Below, piece after piece: positions 9,966 to 22,128 of a stretch of DNA of 64,000 nucleotides. A program made the position numbers and the translations under genes. Origin of the DNA: Cladosporium halotolerans (Eukaryota); assembly GCF_011745625.1 (NCBI RefSeq), contig NW_027191456.1, forward strand, positions 682,001-746,000, given 5' to 3'. The notes below the pieces were generated by a model, which was not told the origin of the DNA, did not search any database, and saw nothing but the letters and a program-made list of their open reading frames with translations. The stretch's first letter is position 1. Each line of letters opens with the position of its first letter.

Positions 9966-11821
9966 ATGAGCGTCAAGACTGTTGAGACCAAGCCCTTCCA
10001 GGACCAGAAGCCTGGAACGTAAGTGGCCCCCCACATCATCAGGGTGCAAGAGATCGGAGCTATGGGAACAGTACATGTCGGCATTGGCAAGAGATGAGGA
10101 ATTGGGAGTTCTCTGAGGAACATTGGGACATTGGAGTGCCAGTGGGACCTAAATCCACTGGAGATCTATTGGGAAATTCCAGCAAACACAAGCTGACTCC
10201 ATGTTGCAGCTCCGGTCTTCGCAAGAAGGTCAAGGTCTTCCAGCAGCCCAACTACTCCGAGAACTTCGTTGCCTCTATCCTTCAGTCCATCCCTGAGGGC
10301 GCTGAGGGCGCTTCTCTCGTTGTCGGTGGTGATGGCCGCTACTACAACCCCGAGGTCACTCAGATCATTGCGAAGCTCGGTGCCGCCTACGGTGTCAAGA
10401 AGCTCCTGATCGGCCAGAATGGCATCATGTCCACTCCTGCCGCCAGCAACCTCATCCGCATCAGGAAGGCCACCGGTGGCATCCTGCTCACTGCCAGCCA
10501 CAACCCTGGTGGACCCACCGAGGACTTCGGTATCAAGTACAACCTGGCCAACGGTGCCCCCGCACCTGAGGGCGTGACCAACAAGATGTTCGAGAACTCC
10601 AAGACCATCACCTCATACAAGGTCGCCGACATCCCCGACATCGACTTGTCCACCGTCGGCACCAAGACCTACGGCCCTCTCGAGGTCGAGATTGTCGACA
10701 GCACTGCCGACTACGTCAAGATGCTCAAGGAGATCTTCGACTTCGACCTCATCAAGAAGTTCCTCGCTGAGCACAAGGACTTCAAGGTCCTCTTCGACGG
10801 CCTCAACGGTGTCACTGGTGACTATGGTGTTGAGATCTTCGAGAAGGAGCTCGGTATCAAGGGCAGCACTCAGAACTGCAAGCCTCAGCCCGACTTTGGT
10901 GGCTTCCACCCCGACCCCAACCTTGTCTACGCTAAGACCCTCGTCGACGCTGTCGAGAAGAACGGCATTCACTTCGGTGCTGCCTCTGACGGTGACGGTG
11001 ACCGCAACATGATCTACGGCGCCGGCTCTTTCGTCTCCCCCGGTGACTCTCTCGCCATCATCGCCCACCACGCCGACCTCATCCCTTACTTCAAGAAGCA
11101 GGGTGTCTACGGTCTCGCCCGCTCCATGCCTACCTCCGGCGCCGTCGACCTTGTCGCCAAGAAGAAGGGCCTCCAGTCCTACGAGGTCCCCACCGGCTGG
11201 AAGTTCTTCTGCGGTCTTTTCGACTCCAACAAGATGAGCATCTGCGGTGAGGAGTCTTTCGGCACCGGCTCCAACCACATCCGCGAGAAGGACGGTCTCT
11301 GGGCCGTCGTCGCCTGGCTCAACATCATCGCCGGCGTCGGCCAGCAGACCGGCACCACGCCCAGCATCAAGAGCATCCAGGAGGACTTCTGGAAGACCTA
11401 CGGCCGCTCCTTCTTCACCCGCTACGACTACGAGGGCTGCGAGAGCGAGGCCGCCGCCAAGATGGTCGCGCACGTCAACGAGCTGATCGGCCCGAAGAAG
11501 AGCGAGTTCGTCGGCTCCACCGTCGCCGGCCGCAAGGTCCTCGATGCCGGCGACTTCTCCTACACCGACCTCGACGGCAGCGTCAGCAAGAACCAGGGCA
11601 TCTATGTCAAGTTCGACGACGGCAGCCGCATCGTCGTCCGCCTGTCCGGCACCGGCTCCAGCGGCGCCACCATCCGCCTGTACATCGAGAAGCACGAGTC
11701 CGACCCCAGCAAGTTCGGCCTCGACGCCCAGGAGTACCTCAAGGACAACGTTAAGCTCGCCACTGACCTCCTCAAGCTCCAGGAGTTCATCGGCCGTACT
11801 GAGCCTGACGTCAGGACCTAA
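9966..11821 (+). CDS. PGM: Phosphoglucomutase; exons 9966-10018, 10210-11821
   Basis: QDQKPGT|SGLRKK joined by intron 10019-10209 (GTAAGT..GCTGAC..CAG); TASHNP, DGDGDR, GEESFG motifs. Confidence 0.97.
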
Positions 11822-12236
11822 GCGTGCTTCGGTCTCTTGAAATGAATGGAGGGAAAGGTGTGATTACGAATGCAAGTCGTTTACGAGAAAAGAAACCCTG
11901 CAAAAAATAGCTCAAGGCACAAAGTGTTGATACTGTGCATACCATAGAGTGGTATTCTGAGGACGGAGAGCCTCGAGAGAAATGAAATGTTTGACGAACA
12001 ATCGGAACTCCGATGAATTTCCATTTGATGATTTGTGACTTAAAGATCATCTGACCTTCCTATCTGTCCCAGGTTCTGTCCCTTTGATGTCGATATAGGT
12101 TCCCTGTCCCCCCGTGTCTAATGTACAAAATTACCCAATTCAAGTCCCGAAATTCGCCTATAGCTAAGGTAGCTCGTATTGCGCAACGGCTTCCGCCATG
12201 AGCCAATCTTGATCAGCCCCGCCGTCCAGAGACGAC

Positions 12237-15200
12237 TCACTTCTTCTTCCCCGGACTCTCGAGCGAGAACTCCGCGCTCCACAGACTCTCCCAGCCCGGT
12301 TTCGCGCCCTGCTGCTGCGCCTGCTTGGTCGGCGATGTCATAGTCGAGGCTTTGACCGGGCTCCCCGAAGCCTGCGCCTCGCCTCTCGGCTCGCGCTCAA
12401 GGTGCCGCTGCAGCGAGCGTACGGATTTCGAGGGAGACCTCGAGCGCGGGCGAAGGGCCTGCTTGCCGCTGCTGGGCGACGTGGGCTGTTCTTGCTGTGG
12501 AGCCTGCTGAGCGTGCTTCTGCGGCGAAGGAGTGCGCGGCTCTGCCTCGTCGGCCGTCGTGACGATACCCAGACCTGAGGGAGGGTTGGGAGGAGGGCGC
12601 AGGGAAGTCTGGCTATCGGATCTCGCGCGAGGAGCGCCGTCGGGTCCGCCAAGGGTAGCGATGACGCCCTTCTTGGACGTAGAACTACTGCGCCTGCTGT
12701 CGAGGCTCTTGTTGAGGTGCTTGCTGGCGTCGTCGCCCTTGTTGGCGCGCTTGAGCTTGATGCTGCCGCGGGCGTCGACGTTGGCGGCCGCGACGGTGCT
12801 CTTGCCTAGGCCGGGCGTGGTTGGGGCCGCGCCGGCGCCGCGCTCCTCGCTCGCGTGCACCATCCACCACGTCAGGCCGTCGGACAGCTCGAAGGGGTTG
12901 TCGTCGTCGAAGGAGGGCGCTTCGCTCGTCTCGTCGAGGCTGCGGCCGTCGGCGGAGTGCTGGGGCAGCGCTTTGCTGAGGTCGACGACTTTCTGCTCAA
13001 CTCTGGAGATGCGGGCGACGATGAAGTCGCGGCTGCCGAGGCGCATGCCTTCGCGCTCGGCGAGGAAGTAGTGCGGGCATCCGATGTTGAACGCCGCCCA
13101 GGCGCCCTTTGCTTGGCCTCTGGTGGGGAGGAAGAGCGCCAGGTCGCCCTCCTTGAAATCTTTGACGGCGATCTTGGAGTGAGCTTCGCTCTTCAGGCGC
13201 TGAGCGCGGTCTTTGTATGCGTCTGCGCGCTTGACGGCCTCCTTTTGCTCTTTGTTGTATTTGCGTGCGGTGTATTCGAAGTCGCGCACCCGCTTGACAA
13301 CGGCTTCGACGAAAGTGTCGATGTTGAAACGGTTTATGTTCTCGAGGAAAGTCGCATACTGAGCAGTCTCATCGTCCGCAGATATGGCATCAGCCCAGCG
13401 AACAAACGACAGATTCATGTTCTCGTCTGCGGCGTTGGACGATTTCCGGGTTGGAGGCGGAGATGTGATTATACTGCTTCGACCTTGATCGGTCATGGTC
13501 GTGCTGGCACCGAGCTTAGAGGCGCGCTCAATCACCATAGCATCGTCTTGGTAGGAGACAGCGAGGCCGAGGCGCTCAAGTAGACGACCGAAACGGGCAT
13601 GCTGTGAGTAAAGCTTTTGTGACACTTCCTTCGCCTTCGCCGCACGCTTTTCAAGTCTTTCTTGCGAAGCTTCTGCGCTCGCTTGGGCAGCTTGCTGGTG
13701 CTTCTGCAACCGGGTAAGTTCGACGTCCAGGCTGTTAACATGAGAACGCGATTCAGCGAGTTGCGAAGAAAGCTTCACGACCTTGGCCTCTTCCTCCGAT
13801 ACACGTTGGCGAAGCGCTTCGGACCCTGTCTCGCCTTCCGCAAACTTATTGCGAAGAGACTTGAGCTGATTTTGCTCGTCCTCTAACTGCTGTTGCAGCG
13901 AAGCGGACTTGGCTTCCTCTGATGAAATGTTCTCCCGCAGCTGTCGCACTTGGCCTTCCAGGTCAGATTGCTGCTCTTTGAAGCGTGAGAGTTCTAACTT
14001 CTGCGCATCGTTGTTTGCCTGCAGCGTCCCATTTTCCGATTTCGCAAAAGCCACGGCATCAGCCAAATCTCTGGCGTGGGCGGCAGACTTCGTTGACAGC
14101 TCTTCAAGTGCAGTTGCCAGGCCGCCCAAGCCATTCGGCGCCTCGACGTCTGGTAACAGCTGGGCATGAGCTGTTGCAAGCCTCCCGATTTGCTCTGTCT
14201 GTGCTTCTCTTTGTTTCTCGCGTTCCTGGTACAGTGTCTGGAGCTCTTTCTCAAGTACAGCCCTGGCGTTTGTCTCGGCCTCCAGCTTTCGCTCAGTCGT
14301 ATTACGCACATCATGCTCGTTCGCGGCCCGCGCAGCGTGCCCAGCAGCATCTTCCTTCAACCGCGCAATCTCGTCCTCGAGCGAAGCAACCCTGCCATCG
14401 ACACTGTTCCTCTCATCGTCGCGGCTGCCAATCAACCGCTCGATCTCCGCCTCAGCCTCCTCAAGCTTCTCCCTCGCCTCGCGGAGCTCAGCCTCCAAAT
14501 TCCTGCGCTCCCCTGCGAACTCCTTCTGCTGAGCCTCCATATTCTCCATCAGGTCCTTCTTCGTGGAGACCGCTTCCTCGACCTGCTTCATCGCCTCGGC
14601 GTCGGAGTTCTTGCGGCTCTTAGCCTCCTCTCTCGCAGCGTGCAATTCGGCTTCGAGGTCGACGACGCGTCTAGCGAGCTTCTTTTCCTCGATGCCTTGG
14701 GCTGTGGAGGAGAGTCTGCGATGCTTAAGCGAGCCGTTCCTCGATAGTTCGCCTGACGGTTGCGGGGATGACGGCAGAGTTGGTGTAGCGTTGCGTGAGA
14801 GACTTTGCGGCGAAAACATGTCGGTGCTGGTACGGCTCATTTGAGTAGAGCGATGTAAGAGGTCCTCCAGTTTCCGCACTCTGCTTTTCTGGCCTTTGAG
14901 CTCGTCTTCAAGTCGGCCGTTCATATCGCGCAGCGACTTGTACTGCTCGTCGCCTCGGAGCATGAGCGACGTGTCGCCGAAAGCGGCCTCGTGCATGCTT
15001 CCGTTCTTGAAAGCCTTTGCATGCTTGATCTGCTTTCGGGTCGGCTTGTCGAGATCCTTGATTGCGAGCTCCATCTCCTCGGCGACAGGGCCTTCGCCGT
15101 AGACTTGCAATAGGGTGTTCAGGTAGTCCTGAAGCTCCTCTCGGGTGACCATGGGCCAGCTTCCGCCCTCGTTCTGCAGGCTGAGTTCTATCCCGAGCAC

Positions 15201-16610
15201 TCTGCTAGACTGCAGGGCGTCCATGTTGACCACGTCTTCGACCGAGCGAATCCACTTTTTGCGTCGCTTCTCTTCCTCTTCTTGGTAGGTCGCCATTTCC
15301 TCTTGTAGAGTGGCTGAGTCACGCTTCATCTTGGCCACCCATTCACGTCGCCGGACGGACTCCACTAGCAGCTGGCCGTAGACAGAGGGTATCCTTCCGA
15401 CTAAGCGGATGGTAACAAACGACTGCTCATCCTCTTCCGGTATGCCGAAAGCTTCGATCCCGGCATAGAGTTGAGAAAGCTGTGATTCGATAGAAGAAAG
15501 CGTCTGCATGTGCTCCAGCGCCGATCGCGCAACCTGTTGCCGTCGTTCCCGGGCACGGCCAACTAGCTCGTTCATCTCCAGGCAGTATTCGCTCAGGTTT
15601 GGCAAGTAGTTGCGAGTGTGAAGCAAGGCCATCTTCGACGCCTGTACGGCAGACTGCGAAGTACGTTGTAACGAATGTACGTGCTCGTAATCTGAGGCGA
15701 TCTTCTTGACAACGATCTCGATTTCGCTCCGCAGCTGTGCAGCTTCCGATTCGGCTTCGATGTATGAACGAGTGTCGCTGCTGACTTGATCTACGGCTTG
15801 CAAGAGCTCTTCGGTCTGCTTGGTGGCATCTTCGAGCCTGTATTGTAGGCCGTTCAGCCGATCCGACAGGTCCTCTGTGATCGCTTTCGCTGAAGTGGCC
15901 GCCTTGCGTGTTTTCGCCAGATCGACGAACACTTGCAGCGTAGCCGAGTCACCCTGCTGAGACGACCGACGAGCAATCGGGTTGACTGGGTTCAAGAATC
16001 GTGCAAACTCCGCCCGGGCAGGCACGCTTCGAAGACTGTCCAGATTGCGCTCCCAGCCGTGAACCTGCTCTTCTTGGTCGCGCAACGCATCGTCCGCCCA
16101 TGTCACAACCGAGTTGTACTTTTTCTCGCCGCTCTTAATGTGTTGCTGCAAGCTTGCGACCGCAACCCCCAAGCTCCGAGCGATCACAGCTTCCTCATCC
16201 AAATACTGCTCCGTCTGCGTCGCCAATATGCTGCATCCTCCAAGCACCGACGAAGCCCAGCTCTTCCTTGCTTTGAATAGATCCTGCCATGCTTGTAGGT
16301 CGTTCTGGTTCGAAAGTGTATCCGGCGCCGCTCCAGGCTCGTAAGGCGCGACTTCCCCCGAAACATCGGCGCCCGGCACATTCACAGGCTCTTTGCTCGC
16401 AAACAGCTTGGAGTCGAAGACGAACAGCTCGGTCTCCGTCAAGAGCGTCTGCTGCCTGACCTGCTTCCCCTGCGCGGTCAACAGGACCTGGCTGCGCGCC
16501 TGGATGCCGGCATGCTGAGCGACCCAGGCCCTGAGGCCGTCGAGGCTCGTGACGCTGGAGTCGAGGGCGAGTCGCTGGCCGGAGTGCCCAATGAATAGTT
16601 GAATCGACAT
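12237..16610 (-). CDS. ATG11: Autophagy scaffold Atg11 (RB1CC1/FIP200 family)
   Basis: N-terminal ubiquitin-like region, long coiled coil, C-terminal claw domain (KIAVKDFKEGDLALFLPT, WAAFNIGCPHYFL, DNPFELSDGL); start taken at MSIQLFIGH. Confidence 0.93.
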   Translation of the reverse strand: MSIQLFIGHSGQRLALDSSVTSLDGLRAWVAQHAGIQARSQVLLTAQGKQVRQQTLLTETELFVFDSKLFASKEPVNVPGADVSGEVAPYEPGAAPDTLSNQNDLQAWQDLFKARKSWASSVLGGCSILATQTEQYLDEEAVIARSLGVAVASLQQHIKSGEKKYNSVVTWADDALRDQEEQVHGWERNLDSLRSVPARAEFARFLNPVNPIARRSSQQGDSATLQVFVDLAKTRKAATSAKAITEDLSDRLNGLQYRLEDATKQTEELLQAVDQVSSDTRSYIEAESEAAQLRSEIEIVVKKIASDYEHVHSLQRTSQSAVQASKMALLHTRNYLPNLSEYCLEMNELVGRARERRQQVARSALEHMQTLSSIESQLSQLYAGIEAFGIPEEDEQSFVTIRLVGRIPSVYGQLLVESVRRREWVAKMKRDSATLQEEMATYQEEEEKRRKKWIRSVEDVVNMDALQSSRVLGIELSLQNEGGSWPMVTREELQDYLNTLLQVYGEGPVAEEMELAIKDLDKPTRKQIKHAKAFKNGSMHEAAFGDTSLMLRGDEQYKSLRDMNGRLEDELKGQKSRVRKLEDLLHRSTQMSRTSTDMFSPQSLSRNATPTLPSSPQPSGELSRNGSLKHRRLSSTAQGIEEKKLARRVVDLEAELHAAREEAKSRKNSDAEAMKQVEEAVSTKKDLMENMEAQQKEFAGERRNLEAELREAREKLEEAEAEIERLIGSRDDERNSVDGRVASLEDEIARLKEDAAGHAARAANEHDVRNTTERKLEAETNARAVLEKELQTLYQEREKQREAQTEQIGRLATAHAQLLPDVEAPNGLGGLATALEELSTKSAAHARDLADAVAFAKSENGTLQANNDAQKLELSRFKEQQSDLEGQVRQLRENISSEEAKSASLQQQLEDEQNQLKSLRNKFAEGETGSEALRQRVSEEEAKVVKLSSQLAESRSHVNSLDVELTRLQKHQQAAQASAEASQERLEKRAAKAKEVSQKLYSQHARFGRLLERLGLAVSYQDDAMVIERASKLGASTTMTDQGRSSIITSPPPTRKSSNAADENMNLSFVRWADAISADDETAQYATFLENINRFNIDTFVEAVVKRVRDFEYTARKYNKEQKEAVKRADAYKDRAQRLKSEAHSKIAVKDFKEGDLALFLPTRGQAKGAWAAFNIGCPHYFLAEREGMRLGSRDFIVARISRVEQKVVDLSKALPQHSADGRSLDETSEAPSFDDDNPFELSDGLTWWMVHASEERGAGAAPTTPGLGKSTVAAANVDARGSIKLKRANKGDDASKHLNKSLDSRRSSSTSKKGVIATLGGPDGAPRARSDSQTSLRPPPNPPSGLGIVTTADEAEPRTPSPQKHAQQAPQQEQPTSPSSGKQALRPRSRSPSKSVRSLQRHLEREPRGEAQASGSPVKASTMTSPTKQAQQQGAKPGWESLWSAEFSLESPGKKK

Positions 16611-17912
16611 CCGCGCCCGGGCTGGCCGCGACGTTGAGACGCTGCTCGTATTAGGAATGTAGGGGAGAGAAAGGATGCTCTGCGAGGCGAGGAGACGGGA
16701 TCCCAAGACCGCGATGGGACCTGGGCTGGCTTTGGCTTGTCGGCATGTGAGTAGCTCCTGTGCTGTAGCGTCATTCGCTGTGGAGGCGGCTGACTCCCGC
16801 CCGCTGATAGCTGACCGGCGAGCATGATCGCAGCGAGATTGCTGCTTAGCCCGAAGCTTCACTCGCTTAGGGATTGTTACTACTGAGTGATCTCTTCCCT
16901 TGCGGTTGGCGCCCATGCACATGCCTTCATGACATGACCATGTGCTGCTTCACTGCAAAATTGCAAGTGGTGAGCTCGAAGATGCAACCGACGGCACGTG
17001 ATCATCAGGTTTCTTACATGCGATGAAGAGCAAATTGTGGTTTCTACTGCGAATGTCACGAGTATATGGTTTAATGTTCATTTCCGAGCTATCAATCTGA
17101 CAAGCCCTACGTGAAGCGGTTGTTCTTGAGTACTCCTCACAGTATGTCGCGCATGTCACCTGTGACCGCCATCACTTTTGTTTTGCCTGCGTTCGAGCCT
17201 GTGGCGAAATCTATCTCGTACCCAAGTGTCTGCATTAGCATCTGTCCCCTGCTAGCGATCGTATCTTGCCCGCTACCTCTCAAAGTGGCCTAGCTTGGTG
17301 GCGGAAGATCGTCGAAGCATACTGGACGCCAAGGATGCAAGATGGTTGCTGAGGGAGCCATAGCGCCAAAGGGTGCCTGAGTCTGGTGAACATGCCTCAA
17401 CATTGGAATATATTTCTCGTAGTTGTCAATGTTCAGCAGATGCGACTGCTGTGCATGTATCGGCGAGACGAGTCGGCCGCTGTGTTGACCTGGGAATGGG
17501 CCGCTAGCGGGCCAAAGAGCGTTGGATTCTCACTCGGCCCACCCTCTTCTGCCGTTGCCGAATATAGACTCCAGACCGGGCTAGTACTGCAGCTCGATGC
17601 ACCTCCCTGACGCTGAGGTGCACAATAATATACCGTCAGTCTCGACTGGTTTTCCACCATCTCACACGTCCATCACGACATCACACTCGCTTCATCGCCC
17701 AAGCCTCGCTCGCACCTGACCGTCGCAGTTCCACGCTCGCTTTCTTGGGTGGGAAGAGCCGCACAACAACACACAACAGAGGGGCCCGGACTTTGTGCGC
17801 CACGCGTCCCGCCGCAGTAACATTCATCCTCGTGGTACAAGTGCAGCAGCCCTCACGAGGGTCCTGAGGGCTTTCCAAAGTTGACGTACACGCACACGAA
17901 TACACCGCAGCC

Positions 17913-18827
17913 ATGCGCCCGGCTACCATCCTCTCCTCCGCCCTGCTTCTGGCAGCGACGTCGTCAGCATGGCCGTCCATGCTGACCCATCCTCTGGATG
18001 CAATCAAGCGCGAAATTGGACCCATGCTCATCCAGCGACAAGACGACGCCTCTTCCAGCGTCGCTTCATCAGACAGATCTTCGGTAGCAGAGGACACTTC
18101 AAGCCGAACGGCCGATGAGAGCGCCTCGCGGACGTCTGACGCCAGCAGCAGTGCAACGGCCACGGATTCGGATGACGAGAACGGCGACGAGCCTACCAGC
18201 TCAGGAGAAGCAAAGAGCACTGGCACAAAGAAGGAGGGTTCGGGCACAGCAACGTCTGGCGGCAGCAAGACTACAGGAACGCCCAAGACAACACAATTCG
18301 ACCCCCGCCTGCCCGCCGGCGGTGCATCCATGATCACTCCCGACGCCATGTCCCCGGCTAGCTACTACAAAATCAAGGACCACGTCACTTTCGTCTGGAA
18401 CTACACCTCGCTCTCCCTCCCTCCCAAGGCCGTCGACGTCCTGGCCACGTGCTCCGCAAACCAGGGCCTGTACACCATCGCGGCCAACCAATCCTGGGAG
18501 CAGACCCAGTCCGTCGTCTGGGACACCGGCGACTACCAGGCCACCGGCACCATTCCCCTGCTCACCGAGACCTACACTCTGATCATTCACGACGCCGCGA
18601 GGGACGTCTCCGCCACGGCTCCGGCCGGCTACCTCGGCGCCTGGAAGCAGTTCACCTTCGGCATGTACGAGCCGCAGCCCTACACGCCCATGGCCGACTA
18701 CGTCTGCGCGACGTGCAGCAGCGCCATGAGCCTGATGGAGAAGCAGACCTACGGCTTCCTCTTCACAATGATCGGCGTGACGCTTCTGACTTTCGGCTGG
18801 TTCACCGGCGCAGCAGGTCTGTGGTAG
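17913..18827 (+). CDS. Uncharacterised secretory-pathway membrane protein (signal peptide, Ser/Thr-rich linker, beta-rich domain, C-terminal TM)
   Basis: Hydrophobic N-terminus, KR site, DPRLPAGG..MITP and YYKI..VTFVWNYTSL motifs, C-terminal hydrophobic helix; strong codon bias. Confidence 0.8.
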   Translation: MRPATILSSALLLAATSSAWPSMLTHPLDAIKREIGPMLIQRQDDASSSVASSDRSSVAEDTSSRTADESASRTSDASSSATATDSDDENGDEPTSSGEAKSTGTKKEGSGTATSGGSKTTGTPKTTQFDPRLPAGGASMITPDAMSPASYYKIKDHVTFVWNYTSLSLPPKAVDVLATCSANQGLYTIAANQSWEQTQSVVWDTGDYQATGTIPLLTETYTLIIHDAARDVSATAPAGYLGAWKQFTFGMYEPQPYTPMADYVCATCSSAMSLMEKQTYGFLFTMIGVTLLTFGWFTGAAGLW

Positions 18828-19557
18828 ACTTTTCTGCTTCTAGACTCAAAAACAAACAACGAGCTGTACAGTGCGCGGGAGTTTGGATCACTGGCCTGGG
18901 GCTTTTTGACTGTTAAAAAAAATATATCTTTTGGGTTGCGGAAAGGGATCACGCTCTTTCTGGTGAAACGGCACGTCTGGGAGATGGGCAAGGTGTTGGA
19001 AGGCGCAACTTCTTATTTCGTACTGCTTTTTTGTGCGCTTGTGGCTTTCGTACTGTTTTGCGATACGAGTGTTGTCTCCATTGCACATTCTTGCGATGCT
19101 CTATCTAGGTAAATGTAATGATCTACTAAACCATCTTTACTCTCATGTCGTGATCATTTGGATCACGTAAGATGATGTCCATGTAAGCGCACCGGCCTAT
19201 TGAGTGACGAGCGTTTAGATGCAGTGCTCTAAGCATTCAGTTGTAGAGTCACGGTATCTGAGACCCATTTGCTCAGTATTTCGTTTATCGTACAACTTCT
19301 TAATATTTACACGACTTGTCGAATCGCAGCATGTGATACTTGGTGCTCTGCGGCCAGCTTGGGTGGGGCAAGTCAGCCGATGCGGCTCTGCTCCAGCTCC
19401 GGCGTTTCGTCAGACGTCCAGTCGACATCTACAGCAACGCAAGCCATCACCGCCTGGAGTCCATCCACCAACACGATTCCAACAACCTTTCCCACAACAC
19501 AACCCCTCAACTCTTTAGGAACACACTCAATAAGCGCCGCGTGCAACACCATCCAAA

Positions 19558-21138
19558 ATGTCGACCCTCGAAGACCTCGATGACATGGAGCGCGACGGCA
19601 AGAGAGAGGAGGACCAGAACAACGATGGCAAGAACCAGAAGCCCGACGGCGACGCGGACATGAAGGATGCGGACGAGAAGAAGAAGGAGGATGCCAAGAG
19701 CGAGGAGGACGACCTGATCGACATGGAGGTCCTCAACTCGAGCACACGCGACATCGTCTCCCGGCGGCGATTACTGGAGAACGACACGCGGATCATGAAG
19801 AGCGAGTTCCAGCGCCTGACGCACGAGAAGAACGCGATGGGCGAGAAGATCAAGGACAACGTGGACAAGATCGATAATAACAGGTGAGTTGTGGCGCGGA
19901 TGGATGGCATGTTGGATGAGTGTGGCGGGCGCTAATGGTTGGTCGATGGCAGGCAATTACCCTACCTTGTCGGCAACGTTGTGGAGATTCTCGACCTCGA
20001 TGTGACTGCTGAGGCCGCGGAGGAAGGTGCAAACATCGATCTTGACGCTACTCGCGTGGGCAAGTCGGCTGTCATCAAGACTTCGACTCGCCAGACGATC
20101 TTCCTGCCTTTGATTGGTCTCGTCGACCACGAGAAGCTCAAGCCTGGTGATCTGATCGGTGTGAACAAGGACTCATATCTCATTCTCGACACTCTCCCCG
20201 CAGAGTACGACAGCAGAGTCAAGGCGATGGAAGTCGATGAGAAGCCCACAGAGAAGTACACAGATGTCGGTGGTCTGGATAAGCAGATTGAGGAGCTCGT
20301 TGAGGCTGTTGTGTGGCCAATGAAGGAGGCGGAGCGTTTCAAGAAGATCGGCATCAAGGCACCGAAGGGTAAGAATTCGGCGCTTGAGACGAAATGGATA
20401 CATGAAGCTAACAACACACCCAGGCGCCCTCATGTACGGTCCTCCCGGTACGGGTAAGACGCTTCTTGCCCGTGCTTGCGCCGCACAGACAGAAGCCACT
20501 TTCCTCAAGCTCGCCGGTCCTCAGCTCGTACAGATGTTCATCGGTGACGGTGCCAAGCTCGTGCGCGACTGTTTCGCCCTGGCAAAGGAGAAGGCACCCT
20601 CAATCATCTTCATCGACGAGCTGGATGCCATCGGTACGAAGCGTTTCGACAGCGACAAGAGCGGTGACCGTGAAGTCCAGCGCACCATGCTTGAGCTGCT
20701 GAACCAGCTCGACGGCTTCGCCTCTGACGACCGCATCAAGGTCCTAGCGGCCACCAACCGTATCGACGTGCTCGACCCCGCCCTGCTGCGTTCCGGACGT
20801 CTCGACAGGAAGATCGAGTTCCCTCTGCCCAACGAGGAGGCTCGCGCCCAGATTCTCCGCATTCACAGCCGCAAGATGACCGTCGACGACGCTGTCAACT
20901 GGCCCGAGCTGGCGAGGAGTACGGATGAATTTGGTGGCGCGCAGCTCAAGGCTGTCTGTGTGGAGGCTGGTATGATTGCGCTCAGGAAGGGCCAGAGCAA
21001 GATTGGTCACGAGCACTACGTTGATGCGATTACTGAGGTCCAGGCAAAGAAGAAGGTTTGTTATTTCTCGAAGTCTGTCACAGCATGGAGTAATTTACTG
21101 ACACCTTTTTGCAGGACACGGCCAACTTCTATGCTTAA
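19558..21138 (+). CDS. RPT5: 26S proteasome AAA-ATPase subunit 6A; introns 19884-19952, 20369-20423, 21056-21114
   Basis: [10 protein letters not shown], Walker A GPPGTGKT, Walker [28 protein letters not shown]-terminal HbYX (FYA); three canonical introns restore the frame. Confidence 0.97.
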
Positions 21139-21846
21139 GCTATGTGCTACGACGGCTACTTGGGTTCTCGGGAGGTGCATATGTAACATTAATGGCATAG
21201 AGATACGTCCTATCAAACTTCACTGTCCAGTTTCGCTACTCTCAAGTCTTTGTAACTCATTCACAGCTCAGTTCGCAAACGCGTACTTAGTTGCAATCAA
21301 CGATTGTCTCAGATGCCGGATGTCGCAGGAAGAGCCAAGATCTGAGGTCCGCAATTCTTCAACGCATTGCCGCACAATGAAAGCTGCGTCCTGCCGCAGA
21401 CGGTATGAATGGAGATGAACTACACACATACGACAATAACTTCGCTGGGCCACGGACAAAGATTGCTGCACACCGACACATGCATGTCCCCGTCATCAAC
21501 AGCCCGCATTCACATCGTCCCCCACGACACAAACATCATCAGCAGCGCAGAATCTATAACAAAGGCTTTGCTCCTAAACATGAATCGGGACCCTCCCTAA
21601 CCTAGCTCTATAGTATTCACTACGCTATATACAATGACATTGTTCACCCTCCCCAATGGCACACAACAGCAACCGTAGCGGGCCTCTAAATAGCGCTCTT
21701 TGGTCCTGTCTGGCATTGGAAGTTTTTTTTGATTACACTCACCAAGCAACGTACGAAGGCGCATCCCCTCGTCACAACAGCTACAAAGTTTTAAACCGAC
21801 AAGGACCAAAAAGGAGATCAATCATTCTTCTACGAGCTTTTTCGAA

Positions 21847-22128
21847 ATGCAGAAGACCAACACCACCCGCATCGTGGGCATCGGCAAATGTAAGCAGTGC
21901 GAGAAGTCCAAGCGCCGCCATTCCCACACCTTCACCGGAGGCGAAGAGGCGTGGATCTGCGAGAAGCACGAGCAGCTCTGCAATATTCACCCGAGATTCA
22001 TCTTTAACAAGAAGGATGGCTGCTTCTTGTGCGCGAGAGAGATTAAGTCCGTCGTAAAGAAGAAGCGAGCTGATGAGGTGCTGCAGTGGCCGGACTCTTT
22101 CAGACGGTTTACGTTCTTGCGAGGATGA
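21847..22128 (+). CDS. Small Cys/His-rich protein, 93 aa (putative Zn-binding; tandem paralog A)
   Basis: Shares NTTR-V-G-CxxC-SK-HxHT-C-KHE-CxxH-F-KDGCxxC with the ORF at 23143. Confidence 0.7.
   Translation: MQKTNTTRIVGIGKCKQCEKSKRRHSHTFTGGEEAWICEKHEQLCNIHPRFIFNKKDGCFLCAREIKSVVKKKRADEVLQWPDSFRRFTFLRG

Noticed and set aside
10094..10209. ORF-track N-terminus of PGM (MRNWEF...)
   Set aside because: Lies inside the intron; the true exon 1 is 9966-10018
10613..11695. Long antisense ORFs over PGM (also over GAL1, BNA5, ZUO1, the Usp gene, SCH9 and the hydratase)
   Set aside because: Expected shadows of strong C/G third-position bias; no family motifs
16611..16922. 104-aa N-terminal extension of Atg11 in the ORF track
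   Set aside because: Family-like sequence begins at MSIQLFIGH; the upstream part looks like UTR/promoter
17018..17104. C/D-like segment (GCGATGA..GAGCTATCAAT-CTGA) with partial complementarity to SSU rRNA
   Set aside because: Imperfect C box, mismatch against the fungal SSU sequence next to the predicted target, weak terminal stem, no intron context
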